In this document: positions 50,747-63,700 of the stretch, one piece after another | Layout of the letters: every line of letters starts with the position of its first letter | Position numbering within the stretch: the stretch's first letter is position 1 | Assembly: GCA_000165425.1 (NCBI GenBank) | Contig: CT868341.1 | Location: 372,001-436,000 of the forward strand | Direction of reading: 5' to 3' | From: Paramecium tetraurelia | Taxonomy: Eukaryota | DNA length: 64,000 nt | Program-made: the position numbers and the translations under genes | Notes under the pieces: model-generated | Database searches by the model: none | Seen by the model: the letters and a program-made list of their open reading frames with translations, nothing else | What the model was told of the DNA's origin: nothing

Positions 50747-53478
50747 TCATTTTTTGTTGATTCTGTTTCGTTCATTTTGAGTGAATTAACCAAAATTTAT
50801 GTCAAGGATTCTATTCTTAAACCTAATTGTATAAAATAAATATCTACTTTCAAAGAATTTGTTATAACTTTTAAAGAAGGATTGTTCTCTATATTCAACC
50901 TGAGGTCTCTTCTTTTTCAATCCACAGATTTTAAAAATAATGAATTTCACAATTGGCTTTTTGAAGATGATGATAACAATCATGACAAGTCCTGCACTTA
51001 AAGATCCATAAATAACCCAACTGAATCTCCAAAACAACCTAAGGAACAAATAAATGCTAAATGGCAAGACTACAATCTAGTAACACTTAATTTGATGACT
51101 AAATAAATTAATTGTGAATCTTTTATCAATTTAGTAATTGTGAGTGATGGCATATTTATCAAAAAAAAAAATGTAAATTGTAAAAGCTAGACAAAATATA
51201 ACCGCAACTGGACAGATATAAATGAGGCATAAAGCTGTTGTTAATATAAATAGCATATTAAACTATCTTCCTCTCTATGATATAAAAGCTGGAGTCATTA
51301 TCTAATTTAATTACCCTTGGAAAAACTTTTTCGGAGTGAAATTCTTCAAAGCCTTTCTTTTTCTAAGCCAAAATCTACTGTGTCTGATGTGAAAGGTATG
51401 GAACAATTATTTGAATATGATTCTGTGTAATGATAAAGTGACTAAATCATAGCAAGCAACAATTTGGTGTTTACCTCCCCAAATCTCAAAAGTTGCTAAA
51501 TAGGGGAAAAATTAAATTAGAAAGTATTAAATTATGACAAAAAAATGCATAATGCTTTCCTCAACTTCTATAAATGTACTTCTTCTACTCTTTGCCATTT
51601 AACCTAATATAGTCAATGTTGTGTAACTAGATAGAAATGTTACTAAAATAGCTAAGAAGTTGGCAAATACTTTTTCCCAAGTAGATAATTATCCTGATGA
51701 TTTCTTATCCTTTTAATTTGGATTATTTTGGTAAAAATAAATTAATTCAAAGCTTCCCATCAACAAAAAGCTTGCAATTGCAGCTGTGAATATGGCCTTT
51801 AAACGAAATTTTAGTCTCTTAAAAGTATCCATACCCAAATTCTCCCAAAAGATTCCATTAATAGTGAATCCCCTCTTGACTCCCATTTAATAGTGAATTT
51901 ACTCTACATATTTATTGCTATAATCGAACTATTATTTAGCCAAGTAGGTATTTTGATTAAACAGACTAATTCTAGCTTTTTAATTTTCAGACTCTTGATT
52001 CTGAATCTATAAGTCGTCAACCGAGACAGATCGACTATCAACATAAGATTAGGTATCAGCAACTTAAGTTTTCTGCATTTCTTTCAATTTTGTTTGTTAT
52101 TTCATAACTTCATATCTGATTAATAACTATATCATAAATATCATATATTTACATTCTAATACCATTTTTTCCTGTAATGTAAGTAAGCAGCCTCTCTTTG
52201 TTCCTTAGTTTCAAATTTAATGATCACTTTGTTTGTAAAGGGTAGCCCATTCTTTAAATAGGATTTAATCTTTTGGGTCTTGTACACAATATCATTCAAC
52301 TATTATTTGAATAGATTATCAAGCAATTCATTTGTGAATGTCTTATATGTCTTAGCCTACTTTTCGCTATAAGTGGTAATAGTTCCAGTCTCTTTTAACT
52401 CTTTCAATTATTCCAAGGTGATCATAAAATCAAGTAATGCACTTTCTCTCTCTATGTTCATCTCGTTTACTTCGTGGATATCATATATATAGACCAATTC
52501 TTAGATTACATTCTTGGCTTAAAATAGGACTGACTTTTTGGCCACTTCATCAAAGGTATTCAGGGCTATGGCCTTAGAAATGGTTGATTGGATTTCTTCA
52601 GATGTCATTTTGTATGGCAGATGTCTTACATAAACTGACTTTTTGTTTTCAGTGACATGATTAACTGGTTCTTTGTCCCAGTATTTAATTTGTTTGTATC
52701 TTATTATAATTTCATATTGTAGTGGAATCATTATGTTGATGACAAAAATTAAGAATGCAGCTATTTGAATGTAGATTAATTTAAATCCACTTCCCCCATT
52801 ATCCAAATCAATTTTAGCAGAACATTCGATTTATGAAAGAAAAGGATCCATGGCTACAAACGTGTAGATGGTATTTAATTCACATGCACTTTTATACTCA
52901 ATAATTAGATCTTCATCAGTCAAACATATTTGCTCTTTAAAATTTGCACATGTTGAGTTAACTTCATATATGAAGAAGATGCCATAGATGCAAAAAATTA
53001 AGACAAAAATCAACATCTAAAATTTGAGAAAAGTAAAATATAGCGGGGCTGCTATGCCATAATCCTAGACTAACAATTACCACATATTGACAGTGAGAAA
53101 ATTAATACGTTTACGGTTTAATGGCTTACTAATATAAATGACATCATCTTACTTGCAACAAGGACATTCTGTGGCATTGGTTTTGTCAAGAAATTCTTAA
53201 TCTGGTTAAATATAGTGGCATTATCTATGGAGCTCAGCCTACTCTAAACTACAAGGATAGGTATAATAATTATTTTCTGGCATCTTAATATTTTTTGCCC
53301 AATTCATAGGATCTATAGATGATAATCTCTCCCTAAACTTAGAAGATGAGAATCGATGTTGTTAAGGGACTTGACCTTGTCTATCCTAATTAAAATCAAG
53401 AGTAACAGGCTCATTGATTTCAACTTATTGATCATCTTCGTAGTTTTCAATAAGTTTTTCGATATCAGAATTATTCAT
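50747..53478 (-). CDS. OSCA/CSC1/TMEM63-like multi-pass membrane channel
   Basis: CPCC, YGIAAPLYFTFLKF, KSVYVRHLP, VIIKFETKEQ, GIFWENLG (DI.WENL-like), many TM segments, CPVAVIFCL...FFDKY. Confidence 0.72.
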
Positions 53479-54315
53479 AACAAATGAAAATAATTGATAA
53501 ATATAAAAATTATTTGTAGAATATAACTAGAAACAATATATTCTTCAGTCATATATATATTTAAACAACCTCTTGAGAATAATATGCAGTTTCCATAAAC
53601 TCATTCCTGCGTATATCTAAAATTTATATGAATATTTTAATGATTAAAACAAATCTTAACTATTTTTTAGTTATCTAATTTATTATACACTCCTTGTTGA
53701 TCTCGAAAGAGTCAGCCATTCGATTTTATATTTAAAAATAATTAAAAGGAAAATAAATATCTTAATAACTATTATTCTCTATATTATATTTTATTATTTT
53801 AATTGATATAGATAATCAAAGGAGTGGGTTCAAATAACTTATAATGTATTAAAACAAAGCTGTTATATATTGGAAATAACTAAGTAGTTTTATCTAATAT
53901 ATTTTATGAATAATCATAGAGTGTAGAGTGAAAATTATGATAGTTTGATAAATGATAAATTGATTATAGAAAGTTAATATAATTAAATTTTTATCATTTA
54001 TTATTATTAACATTTATACAATCATACACATGTCCTTCATTTTTAATAATTTGATTTAAAGATAATCTAATTTCTTTCCCTTGATATTGAAAATACTACA
54101 ATATCATTTACAGATAATAAGAATTCTAATTAATTACGATAACATGTAATAAAAAGAAAATAATCCATATGTATTCAAATCTCTGTTTTAATATCAAAAA
54201 TCTGAATATCAAATTTAATGAATATAGCGAGATTAGGAGATGAGTTTACAAATGAAGATGAAGAAAGATCTTTAATTTTTATAAAACATGTGTGGTGTAT
54301 ATTTACATATACTAC

Positions 54316-55705
54316 TCAATTTCTTTGATCTGTTGTTAAAAACTTAGCATATAATAATGTATCCTTTTGAATATCCATGGTTACCATAGAATAAATGATA
54401 CCAATTAACACAATTACAAAGAACACTCCAAACCACACATAGATTTAATAAGTTGTTGCATTCATTACATAGTTTGACGAGTTAGTTTGCTAGAGAATAT
54501 TAATACATTTAAATTACAGTAACTTAATTAAGCATTCTGGTTCTTGTTTCCATCAATATCCTCTAAACTTAAGCAGATTCTTTGGTTGTAGTGATTTAAG
54601 GATTTTTCTCTTCTTCAATTAAAATCAATCCGAATAAATCTTCGCTTTCAAAGGTATTTCTGAAGTTTTTGGAGAGCTAAGTGATAATCGGTATAATAAT
54701 TACTTTTTTATGAGCAATTCTCATCATATCGTAGACCAAATCAATTTCTTATTCGTTTAAGATCTTCTCTAATTTTGCAATAGACTTATTGATGATTGAT
54801 AACATATTTGGGGTGCTGTCTAAGGTTTTATTTATGTAAGGGTTATACTTTTCTTGAAGATGGTTGCAAGTTTATTCATAGCACAAATGTCCTTTAAAAA
54901 TCCTGTGACATGATCCTGATTATCCTTTGTTATATCTAAGATCTCGTTTGTGTTATATTTATAGATCTTATTGTCTTTTGGGGCATAATCAAAAGTTGTT
55001 CCAAAGAAGTTGTCAACACATTTCTCCAATGATTGCTCAATTTTGTAAGATTTGTCTTTTTTGGGTTCGTAGAAATAGACTTCATTCTATGATTATGGGA
55101 TATTTTACATTTTTGCCAAGATAGAGTGTTATTGTCCATTGTAAATAATTGATATCTAAATCATCTTCATTTTGATATATTTTGAAACCCAAATTGTTGT
55201 TATTAAATAATGCATTAGCTTTTTATATCAAAGAGTCAGCTATTGCATTATTTGATTACAAAATACCTTGATGTCCAAACAAAGTTTCCATAATGGATCT
55301 TTATTCTTTCTCCAGCACCTTGAAACTTTAAGCATATCCTTCAGTAATTCTTTATTGCTTGGCTTCTTGTCCAGAGAACAATTTATCACTTTCTATGAGA
55401 ATCAAATAATTCATCTCTGTAGGAGTCAAGACATTACGCTTACCAAAGGATCTACATGATAATATCTCATTATTTACATTATCAATTGTTCATATGCTTT
55501 TTATTAATCTTGTGAGACATGTTCAACTAGCCCAATATTATATTTGATCAATTGTGCAATTTACTTCTAATTTAGCCCTTCTAGATCTTTTGCATTGTTT
55601 TCATTAAATGGATACAAGTAAGCATGTGATGCCAATGTATACACAACTAAACCAAATCAAATACAAATTCTAAGTACCACAAATCATGAACAGCAATGTT
55701 TTCAT
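54316..55705 (-). CDS. Type I membrane protein resembling the V-ATPase accessory subunit / renin-receptor-like family (ATP6AP2/M8.9)
   Basis: Signal peptide; C-terminal YQIYVWFGVFFVIVLIGIIYSMVTMDIQKDTLLYAKFL (TM plus MD...D..LY motif); several introns. Confidence 0.65.
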
Positions 55706-55889
55706 TATTATATTATTTAATAAAATTTATGAATGATTGTTTTAATATAACATATGAGCATCAAATTTTGAATTCTAATTTCAAATTAATACAATTTGAT
55801 CCTTTTACTCATATGAATATTGAGGCCATCAAGAATCTATTATTATTCGAATGAAATATTGCAATATGTATATTAAGTTATATATAAAA

Positions 55890-56826
55890 TCATTAGATTT
55901 GTGATAAACACCATTGTAACAACTACATAGTTTCTGACCACCTATCTTCTTAATTTCTGCATCCCAAAATAACAATTGTAAAAGATCTACTAGCAGTTTA
56001 GTAGTAGCTAGCTAAACAAGGGCCAGCTACAGAGGTATTACCAGTTTTGATTCCTTTGAATCCTTAATACAATAATTTATTTGTGTTTTCCCATATAACA
56101 TCTCTAGTAAATCCTTATTATAAATCTATTTAGTGTAATACCTTCTTCATCTTGAATTGTAGTGAAATGGATTTTAGTATTTACTACTTTCCGAAAGAAT
56201 TCATCCTTTAATAATTGATTGCACAGCTTCGAAACATCATAAGCTGATGAGACATTATTTTTATTATTAAGTCCATGAGGATTGGCATAAGTGGTTTGAG
56301 TCATTTGCAATTCTCTGGCTTTGTTGTTCATTTCTTGAATAAAATAAATCAAAGGATTCTTTCCTTTAATTTTATTTTAATACATAGCATATATACCAAA
56401 ATTTTCAGCTAATGTCATTGCAGCATCATTTCCGGATGGTAACATCAAACCATAAAATAAATCCTCAATAGAAACCACATCCCCTTTTAGTAGATCTGCA
56501 GTAGTGCCACCAACTAGACTGGCCTACAGACTAACTTCCGCATATGTATTATTAGTATGCACATTCATGGTGCGACACATATTTAGTACAACATAGAATG
56601 TCATGATTTTAGTGATTGAGGCAATTTCTCTTCTTTGATTCTCGTTGAAGGAATACAAAACATCGCCAGAGAATGAATCCACAATAATCCATGATTTGGC
56701 TGTGATTCGAGGTGCCAAGTTCTTTTCATCTGCTCCAATTAAATATGTATTTTTCACTTGTTATAATCTTTATGCAAATCGCTCCTCTTCTGATTTAGGT
56801 TTTAATCTAAGATGATTAGATTTCAT
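55890..56826 (-). CDS. Serine-type D-alanyl-D-alanine carboxypeptidase (peptidase S11, PBP5/DacA-like)
   Basis: IASITKIMT (SxxK), LMLPSGNDAA (SxN), MNNKARELQMTQTTYANPHGL, SSAYD, NTNKLL, GIKTGNTSVAGPCL (KTG); one intron. Confidence 0.93.
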
Positions 56827-56850
56827 TTTAAATATAATAATATTTAATTT

Positions 56851-58524
56851 ATGATAAGAAAAATAATATACAATTTCGTTAAGTTTCAAACACTTCCCAA
56901 AGAAAACAACTTCAAATTTCAAAAGATTCAACAAAATCAAACCATTCACAAAGCTCAATCCACTAATGATTTGCTTAAATTTTATTAATTAAAAGGAGCG
57001 ACATTGAATTTGGTCAATTTAGTGAGTTATATCAGAAAATACACAGACTTCATGATTTCTAATTCTCAGGTTGACGATGAGTTCGAAATGCAACATGCCT
57101 ATTCTGTATTGAATCAAGTGCAAGAAATGATCCATACTAAATAGTATTTGTAATATAAGGATAAGATTTCCGATCACAAAAGATCATTCATCATGTTGTT
57201 GTCTTTAAGTGTTGAAATGTTTCAGAGATCTAAAGACCAAGAAAATCAGAACAAATTCTTAAGAAGTGCCAAATTAGCGATCAAATCAATCAAAGAGGAA
57301 AATAGATTAAAGGATTGTAATATCGATGAAATTAGCGTTCTTTTACGATGCATCACACAAATTAATGAATTGGTATTACGATGATGACTAAAAATTTAGA
57401 ATCCAACGGAAGAAGAAGAAATTGAATATTGGGCTCTCATTGGAACTCTCATTAATCAATTAACTCCACACAGTAGTTGCAAACTGTTGCATTCCTTATC
57501 TAAATTTAGAAGCTTTAATGAAAATCTAATTGGAAAACTATTGCATCCCCTACAATACATAGAAAATAAGGACATTAATTAAAAGGATGCTATTAGTTTA
57601 TTCTTCTCCTTTAAACACATCAGTGATAAAACTAAGAAATTCGACTAAGTAATCCAAACAGTCTTTGTCTTTTTATAAACCTATATGATTAAATAGTCAT
57701 TTAAGTTGCATGTCAAATACATAGGGATGATCTACAACGTCTTAGCCACTCTGCCCTTAGAAATTAATTAAGACTTCCTAACATTCTTAGAATTACAACT
57801 AATTTAGGCTAATAATTTGAGTATGTTATGTTTAGCTCATTTGTTTTAATTTTGCTATGCAAAACCAGAATTAAATGTCACCATCAATAAAAAACTAGAA
57901 GACAAGATCATCACATTCTTAAATGATTCATCTGAAATTGATGACATCCCTAAGGCAGAATAATTCATCATGTTCTTCAACACATTAGGGAATCAATGTA
58001 CACCGAGATATATTGACATTTTTATTCCGATCCTGAAGAAGATACCAATGAATGATTTTATTATAGGGAAGATGTTTTCAGGATTACTGAAAATCACTTT
58101 GGCCTCTCATTATTTAACAGAAATCACAGATATTTGTATCTAGAGATTAAAACAGTATGATAATGCCATTAATATCCATGCTCTGAATAGTATTTATAGA
58201 GCAAAATGCATTTAGAATGCAAAGTATGCAAATCTATTTTAGGAAATCACCAATTATTAGATTAACAAGTTCAATTAGGAAATATTCATTAAGGATTATT
58301 AATATTTAATCAAAAATAAGAAATATTTTGAGTCCTTCGAATTTTTGCAAGTGTTGATAGACTTTTTAAAAATTTACACGTTTACTGGAAATGAAGGGAA
58401 GGACAATAAAGCTATTGTCAGTGAGAGGTTAAAGGAACTCAAAACGATAGTAGCCAATGTGAAGAATTAGAAGGTCGAGGAGAATGCTGAAAAATTCTTA
58501 AGTTAGTTTGATGAATTCATTTGA
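56851..58524 (+). CDS. Helical-repeat protein, probably mitochondrion-targeted
   Basis: Presequence-like MIRKIIYNFVKF; 27-nt intron 57373-57399 removes TGA TGA; repeated helical units (CKLLHSLSKF, AISLFFSF, LCLAHLF). Confidence 0.68.
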
Positions 58525-58612
58525 TATATGTATGATGGAAATAATAAGATTGGAATTAAAATTATATATTATCACTCATTTATATTATATTTTTTTGAAA
58601 ATTCTCATCTTC

Positions 58613-59664
58613 ATGGGATCACAATGTACAAATTGCAAATGCGTCAACACAAAAAATGAGATACTTAAAACTGTAAGCAATACCAATTTATTTCGATAGT
58701 AGGATAATGTGACTTTAGCAACCTCTGACTCTTCTTCTGTGCATTAAAAAAAAATTAAAAAAGCTATCCTCATTTAATCCTATTGGAGGGGTTACATTAT
58801 TCGGAAAAAGTTGAAATAAATGAGACTCAAGAAACGGGAAACTCTAAATAGTTATAATTCTAAAATGGATGCCAGCGAGTTTTTCTTTTCGTCTGGTGTC
58901 ACTTTGAATCAGGATGAATTTCCCCAAGAAGACAGAGGACCTCATAAGTATAAAGATGTCTTATAAGATTTAAAGGAGGAGCTATATATACGGGACAATG
59001 GAAAGGTAAGGCAAGAGATGGTTATGGGGTATAAATTTGGCCTGATGGAGCCAAATATGATGGCATGTGGAAATATAACAAAGCTCATGGCAAAGGTAAA
59101 TTTCAACATGCAAATGGCGACGTTTTTGATGGGGAATGGGAAAACGACATGGCCAATGGATTTGGAATTTATCAACATTTCAACGGTCCAAAGTATGAGG
59201 GACAGTGGTTCTGTGATTAACAACATGGTTACGGTGTAGAAACCTGGGCGGATGGTTCATAGTATTAAGGGTTTTTTTAAAAAGGATTGAAGCATGGGAA
59301 AGGAAAGTATAAATGGGCAGATGGATAAGTTTACGACGGAGATTGGTATAAAAATAAAATACACGGTAGAGGAATCCTATAATGGCCTGATGGAAGAAGA
59401 TATGAAGGAGAATTTTAAAATGATAACATGCATGGAAGAGGGCTTTATTAGTGGCCAGATGGAAGAAAGTATGAGGGCCATTATTTTAACGATCAAAAGC
59501 ATGGATATGGAATATATTAATGGAGTGATGGTAGGAAGTATGAAGGAGAATGGGAAAATGGAAAATAGCATGGCAAAGGTGTATATATAAATGGAGAAAT
59601 CGAAAGACCTGGAGAATGGTACCAAGGCAAAAGAATTAAATGGGATTCAGATAGCAATGCATGA
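58613..59664 (+). CDS. IQ-motif and MORN-repeat protein, probably N-acylated
   Basis: MGSQCTNCKC, IQ motif ILIQSYWRGYIIRKK, about 9 MORN repeats (YxGxWxxxKxHGxGxxxWxDG); intron near 58673-58699. Confidence 0.92.
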
Positions 59665-60796
59665 AAACAAGTTTATCTTATGAACTATAATTAATTTAAA
59701 ATTCAAACAAATAAACATTTATCTCGTAACTTAATTTAATTAAGCAATAATCAATTGAATTAAGTACCCAAAGAAGACTCAAAGTAATGAGTTAATAAAA
59801 TTAAGAAAAAGCTCAAAACACCTCAATGCAATTAATTTGACCAAATTAATACAAAATATTGTTCAGTAACATTGTAATATTAATTTCTCACTCTAGAGAT
59901 ACTATAATGGGGGGGGATCATTTTAATTTTATTTCTTGTATATAAATTAATGTCAACTTGGTATTTAGATGGATTTTGATTTCAACAGTTAGAATATTAT
60001 CTTGCATATATTATTATCTAAATCCCTATGGTTTTATTTACATATAACTGTAAAATATACATATTTTCTTTGTCTTGCCATCCCATTTAAGTCGTTCATT
60101 ATCCTCATATCAGTTCAAGTTATGGTTTCTTTCATAACATTCCTGCTAAATAATCGAGAGTAATTTCGTAGTTTATTTTTCTAATAATAAAAATAGTAGA
60201 CTTTTATACAAGTAGGTTTTTCAATTGGAAAACAATAGCAATAAGAGTTGAAACTAATTGTATATCCCTAAAATCGATAATTTTGTGCATATTCTATAAA
60301 ATTTTATCACATCTAAGACTAGGATGTTACCAAAGAAAATTCACGCATCAAAAGATGGAAATTGATTCAGAAACCAAGCAAGGAGTATTATATTCTTATG
60401 ATGATACAAATAATTCCAATAATCAGTTGAGGGTTTCCATTTAAATGGGCTAAAATTTATTGTAGTTATTTTTTTCTAATAAACTTAATCTGTACAAATA
60501 ACTCAAAATAACAATCTAATGCAATTCATTTGATCTTCTATTTTTTTATGAATTTCATAATCTTTTATTTAAAAAAAGAATAATAAGAATTTATAGCATA
60601 ATGTTTTCTGATATATTCGCCCACTTCAATCTGTTATTATTTTGCAATCTTGCAAATTTAATCTGGTTATCAAAAACACATTTATGTATTAGTCTGTCTA
60701 ATCTTAATCATTTAATTATATTTAAATATTTTTATATATGGAAATAGAATATTAAAATTCTTACTAATATTTCCTTTTTAAAAATATTGTATGATA

Positions 60797-63700
60797 TCAT
60801 TTTATTTAATATACTGTTCTTCTATCTCCTTGCATCAAAGCCAATTATGTCCTCAATGATTCAATTTCAGATGTGTATTAATTTAATTTCTCTTTTAATG
60901 CTTACTGCAATCCTCTCAGATGTGCTATCTCTTCATCTCTCATTTAACAAACAGACTTCCACTTTTCAATCTATAGAACATAATCTTAAATATTTGATTC
61001 AAAGTTGTATTCATTCTCAATCTAGTATCTAAGATCTGATTCTATTGATATCCTCAACTCCCTTTCTAATTTCATTCTAATTTCAGATTCAAATTGCAGT
61101 TTTTACTCATTATATCTTTATTCCATTTGTACTCTCAATTGATATTGTTCTTTCTTCATTTATTCAATTACTTACTCTTTAGTAACTGCTTATTTTTTCA
61201 ACTCAAATATCTCATACATCAAAGCATCAACATCCACAGATGGTTTAATTTATTGTTAAAGTTGCATAATCTATTACTCATACTTAATTCTCAGTTCTGA
61301 TTCCAACTTTAGTTTCTCCTACTTTTCAATTTAAATTTATCTTCTCAATTCATTCAATTCACTATTAAATTTCTCATTCAAAATGCGTATTTCCTGTTCC
61401 AATCTTATCTTCACACTCTTTTCCATTTGAAACTTTTGTTCATTGATTTCTTGTCTCTCATACTCATATTGCTTGTCTTTTTAAGCTAATTACTTCTTCA
61501 ATTCATATATTTCATACATCAACGCATCCACATCTATATTTTTCTGTTTGCCCTACAAATTTTCATACTCTTTCATGATTTCCTAATATTTGAATTAATA
61601 TTCTTAAATTTATTATTACTTGTTTATTTGATCCTTCTTATAAACATCAATTTATTAAATCAACATTTCGATTTCTCTCTTCATTACTAGTTCTTATGAT
61701 TAAAATTGATTAATTTGCGAACTCAATTGTTCTATCTAAATTTTATAACCATTTACATTACTTTGGCTACTTTGGTATTGTATTCTTAATTAGTTTTTTT
61801 CCTTTTCGCTTTCCTCAAACTTTAATCTTATTAAATCATACTCTTTTCTAAATTACTCTAGTTCATTCTTCACATTGATTCCAATTTACAATTATTATTT
61901 CAATCCTTATTTTTCTCTTTCTGAATCTTCAAAACTCATTCTCAACTATTGATATTCGGATCTCAATCTATCAAATTCTATTTTCTGATTGCTTGCCAAA
62001 GTCAGCTATTACCTCATGGTCGAAATCTCTCTGTCACTTGATTCCAACTTCATTCTGAGCATTTCATACTCTCTCTTCAAACTCTCAGATTCCATCTTAA
62101 TATTATTAGCACTAGAAATCTGCTATTTTAACAATTGTCTTTCCCTATCAAATTCTTCAATCTTATACAACAATTATGATTTCTCTTGTTCAATTAATAT
62201 TAACTGTTATTTAAGTTATTACAAAGAGATCAATTGCTGTCTCAAATTTTCAATTTCATTACGTAATGATAAATTGTCCCTTTCCTATTCCTAGAATTTG
62301 TATACAAGTGAATCATACTCCTTTTTAATTTATTCAAATTGAACTCTTTGTTATTACAATATTGTTAATTATTATCTGGCACCATCTCTTTCTTTTTCAG
62401 TACTCTCAAGTTTATACTTGTAATTTGATATCTCCCTTTCAAGTTCGCTTATTCTGAATTTGAATTTCTCATACTCTTAAATACTTTGTCTCAATTGAAT
62501 CCTCTCTCTATCTGCATCAGCAAATTTAATCTACCATGTTTCTAATTCCTATTTCAACATTTCTGACTCTTATTCTATTTCCTAATAATCGTTGATTGTG
62601 GATCTCAAAAAACTGATCTCACTTTCATATGTCTTACATTTGATAATCCATGTCTAAATCTCTGATTTTAATGCTTCTACTTCACTATTGATTTGAATGT
62701 TAATCTACTTTTTAGATTATATATATTAGTTGTTGATTTCATCGTATTTATATCTCAATAATTCGTAATCTTTTCTTAAACTTTCATACTCTTAACCTAA
62801 ATTATTATATTTAAATTAGAGATCCTAAAATTGTGTTTTGTACATTGTTAATTCTGCCAATTGCTTCTCTAATTAGATTATACGATATTCAAAATCTTTC
62901 TTCTCCTTTTCGATTATAATCAATGAATCTCTTTGTTTACTAAACTAATCCAAACTAATTTATAAATCCTAAATGAGATTATCCTTTTTGTTTAATTCCA
63001 TTTCTAAGTATTAAATCTAATCCAACAGTTCCTTTATCTTGACTCTTAATTAATTGCTTTCATTCAAAGCATATTATTATTTCTCATTTAATGCTTGATG
63101 GGCTTGCAAATCATTCTAAGCTTGATTCAACATAACTATTTATTATTGAAGTTTTCCCTCTAATTATTTATTTCTATTCTTCCACTCATTCAATTCATCA
63201 ATCAATTATTGATTTTATTATCTTAATTTTTCAATTTCATAATTCGATTATTAACTATGTTTATTCTCAATTATTATTAATTGCTACTTATACCTATCTA
63301 AATCTTGTTTACTCTTCATATCCTATTACTTATAATATTCCAATTCTTGAAATAATGCATCTAATTCTTGTCTCAACTCATCCGCCTCTGATAATTACTT
63401 TTATGAATTCTTAAATGTAATCTACAAAGCACTGTAATTCTCATTCATCTAATGTAATTGCTGTCTTAATCTCTACGTATCAGCCAATTAATCTTATAAT
63501 TCCCTAATTTATCTCTCCAAATTCATAATCTTTTACTTTTCATTGTCCTAACTGACATTCAATTATCCATTCAATTAATCAATCTGATATTTCTTCTATT
63601 CGTATTGACTCAATAAGTTATTGTATTTGCTCGTCAAATCATACAATTGTCTTTGTAATTATTCAACTTACAATTACAACTCATCAATTTTTCTCACATA

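Noticed and set aside
31588..56826. Bacterial contamination as source of DegT and DD-carboxypeptidase
   Set aside because: Both use TAA/TAG as Gln, contain tiny introns and match flanking composition.
57382..57387. TGA TGA in mid-gene as possible selenocysteine or readthrough
   Set aside because: Lies inside a canonical 27-nt GTA..TAG intron (57373-57399).
58942..59625. Four overlapping ORFs in the track
   Set aside because: Off-frame and antisense shadows of the MORN repeats.
59909..59916. G run (and the C run at 11836-11842) as telomere remnants
   Set aside because: Simple homopolymers, not T2G4/T3G3 repeats; the C run is coding.
60787..62294. Plus-strand Leu/Phe-rich ORFs
   Set aside because: Antisense shadows of the long minus-strand coiled-coil gene.
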